Positions 44,708 through 46,097 of a DNA stretch of 46,097 nt are shown here, piece after piece. Within the stretch, counting starts at the first letter, position 1; each line of letters starts with the position of its first letter. The translations under genes and the position numbers were made by a program. The notes beneath the pieces were generated by a model. It ran no database searches. It saw nothing but the letters and a program-made list of their open reading frames with translations, and was not told the DNA's origin. Source of the DNA: Fidelibacterota bacterium (GTDB lineage Bacteria; Fidelibacterota; Marinisomatia; Marinisomatales; S15-B10); assembly GCA_046861655.1 (NCBI GenBank), contig JBHIAI010000005.1:1-46097 (forward strand), given 5' to 3'.

Positions 44708-46017
44708 TTCTTACCGAGCGCGAATCGAAGGAGGTGGGAGAGAGGATCCTTGCCCTCTCGTCCTCAGACGAAGTCAGAGTTAACCTCTACGGCGGAAGGT
44801 CAGGCAACACCCGTTTCGCTCTCAATTCGATCACCACCAGTGGGGAGGAGGACACCCTTTCGGTACAGGTCACGTCCTACTTTGGGAGCCGTCATGCCAC
44901 CTCTAGCGGCACGGAGATCGACGACGAGTCCTTGAAAAGAATCGTTGAGTCGGCCGAAACGGCCGCCCGGTTCTCGCCGGAAGATCCTGAGTACGTTCCG
45001 GAACTGGGTCCCCAGGATTACCTGGACATCGACACCTTTTTCGCCACCACCGCCCGGGCTACGCCCCGTCTTCGAATACGAGGTGCAGAATCCGCGATCG
45101 AACCGTCGCTGAGGGAAAACCTTGAGAGTGCCGGGTTTTTTGAGCACGGGTATGCCTTCTCGGCCGTGATGAACAATCGCGGTCTTTTTGCCTACGCCCG
45201 GACCACGAACGCCTCGTTCAGCGTGACCGTTCGCACTCCCGATGGGACCGGGTCGGGCTGGGCCTCTGACGGTTCCCGGAATGTGAGAAAAGTGGATTAC
45301 CGGGACACCAGCCGAAGGGCTATTCAGAAGGCCGCAGCCTCGAGGGATCCCAAAACGCTGGAACCGGGGTCCTATCCGGTGATTCTGGAACCCCAGGCGG
45401 TGGCCGACTTCATCCGGTTCGCGGGATTTTCCATGAACGCAAGGTACGCCGATGAGGGACGGAGCTTTTTCTCCAAGCCAGGAGGAGGAAACAAGATCGG
45501 CGAGAAGGTGGCAGGAGAGAATATCACTCTTATGAGCGATCCTACCCACCCGGAACTTCTGGGCAGACCATTCTGGTCAGACGGACTCCCTGCCAGGAAG
45601 CACGTCTGGATCGAGAACGGAATCCTGAAACAGCTATTCTATGACCGGTACTGGGCCCGTGAAAAGGGAAAGGAACCCACAGGGTTTCCATCTAACATGG
45701 CGTTGAAGGGAGAGGACGGAACGCTGGAAGACCTTATCAGGGACACGGACCGGGCTGTCCTGGTGACCCGATTTTGGTACATCCGTTTTGTGGATCCTCA
45801 GACCATTCTTCTGACGGGACTCACCCGGGACGGTACGTTCTGGGTGGAGAACGGTGAGATTCAATACGCCATCAAGAATTTCCGGTTTAACGAAAGTCCC
45901 GTGGCAATGTTGAACCATGTTACCGGAATGACCCGGCCCGAAAGGGCAGGGGGAATGCTGGTTCCCGCCATCCGGGCCTCCCAATTCACGTTCTCCAGCC
46001 TGTCGGAAGCGGTCTGA
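44704..46017 (+). CDS. pmbA: TldE/PmbA-family subunit
   Basis: TRFALN, LEPGSYPVILEP, TGLTRDG, NFRFNES; lacks HExxxH; coupled to tldD. Confidence 0.88.
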   Translation: MILTERESKEVGERILALSSSDEVRVNLYGGRSGNTRFALNSITTSGEEDTLSVQVTSYFGSRHATSSGTEIDDESLKRIVESAETAARFSPEDPEYVPELGPQDYLDIDTFFATTARATPRLRIRGAESAIEPSLRENLESAGFFEHGYAFSAVMNNRGLFAYARTTNASFSVTVRTPDGTGSGWASDGSRNVRKVDYRDTSRRAIQKAAASRDPKTLEPGSYPVILEPQAVADFIRFAGFSMNARYADEGRSFFSKPGGGNKIGEKVAGENITLMSDPTHPELLGRPFWSDGLPARKHVWIENGILKQLFYDRYWAREKGKEPTGFPSNMALKGEDGTLEDLIRDTDRAVLVTRFWYIRFVDPQTILLTGLTRDGTFWVENGEIQYAIKNFRFNESPVAMLNHVTGMTRPERAGGMLVPAIRASQFTFSSLSEAV

Positions 46018-46060
46018 CACCCGTTGTCGACCCATCCCGCCGGGGCGGGACCCCGTGACC

Positions 46061-46097
46061 ATGCTCAGGACCGTACGGAAACTGTACGATTGGGTCC
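46061..46097 (+). CDS. start of probable YqaA/DedA-family membrane protein (truncated by window edge)
   Basis: MLRTVRKLYDWV resembles the RxLYDW N-terminus of YqaA-like proteins; only 12 codons visible. Confidence 0.45.
   Translation, partial: MLRTVRKLYDWV

Noticed and set aside
1..46097. CRISPR array to go with the Cas4-like nuclease
   Set aside because: No regularly spaced 25-45 bp repeats and no cas1/cas2 seen

Overview
A moderately GC-rich, gene-dense chromosomal segment from a diderm bacterium. Gene content (PorV-family protein, T9SS-like C-terminal domain, metallopeptidase-fused Omp85, TPR adenylate cyclase) suggests the FCB group, possibly Marinimicrobia-like; this is an inference. 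The core part holds the rimP-nusA-infB-DUF503-rbfA-truB-ribF-rpsO-pnp-ald operon, merR/tRNA-Pro(GGG), tRNA-Arg(CCT), trxA, a DHH phosphoesterase, csp and tldD/pmbA. Envelope modules are an Omp85/BamB-like/FN3-lipoprotein operon and a TonB-receptor/large secreted protein/Ig-like lipoprotein/PorV cluster. The most novel-looking part follows tRNA-Pro. There is an att-like scar (a degenerate tRNA copy between inverted repeats, plus arm-site-like repeats). Next come a TPR protein with two C-terminal Fis-like HTHs and an adjacent 49-aa exported peptide ending in a tandem SGTNENE repeat that has diverged only at synonymous positions, plus a relic variant cassette (SGSSEKW). Together these look like a candidate RRNPP/arbitrium-analogous peptide signalling system in a Gram-negative host. 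There is also a candidate ~86-nt sRNA with its own consensus promoter at 2721-2806. No CRISPR array, integrase or transposase was seen.
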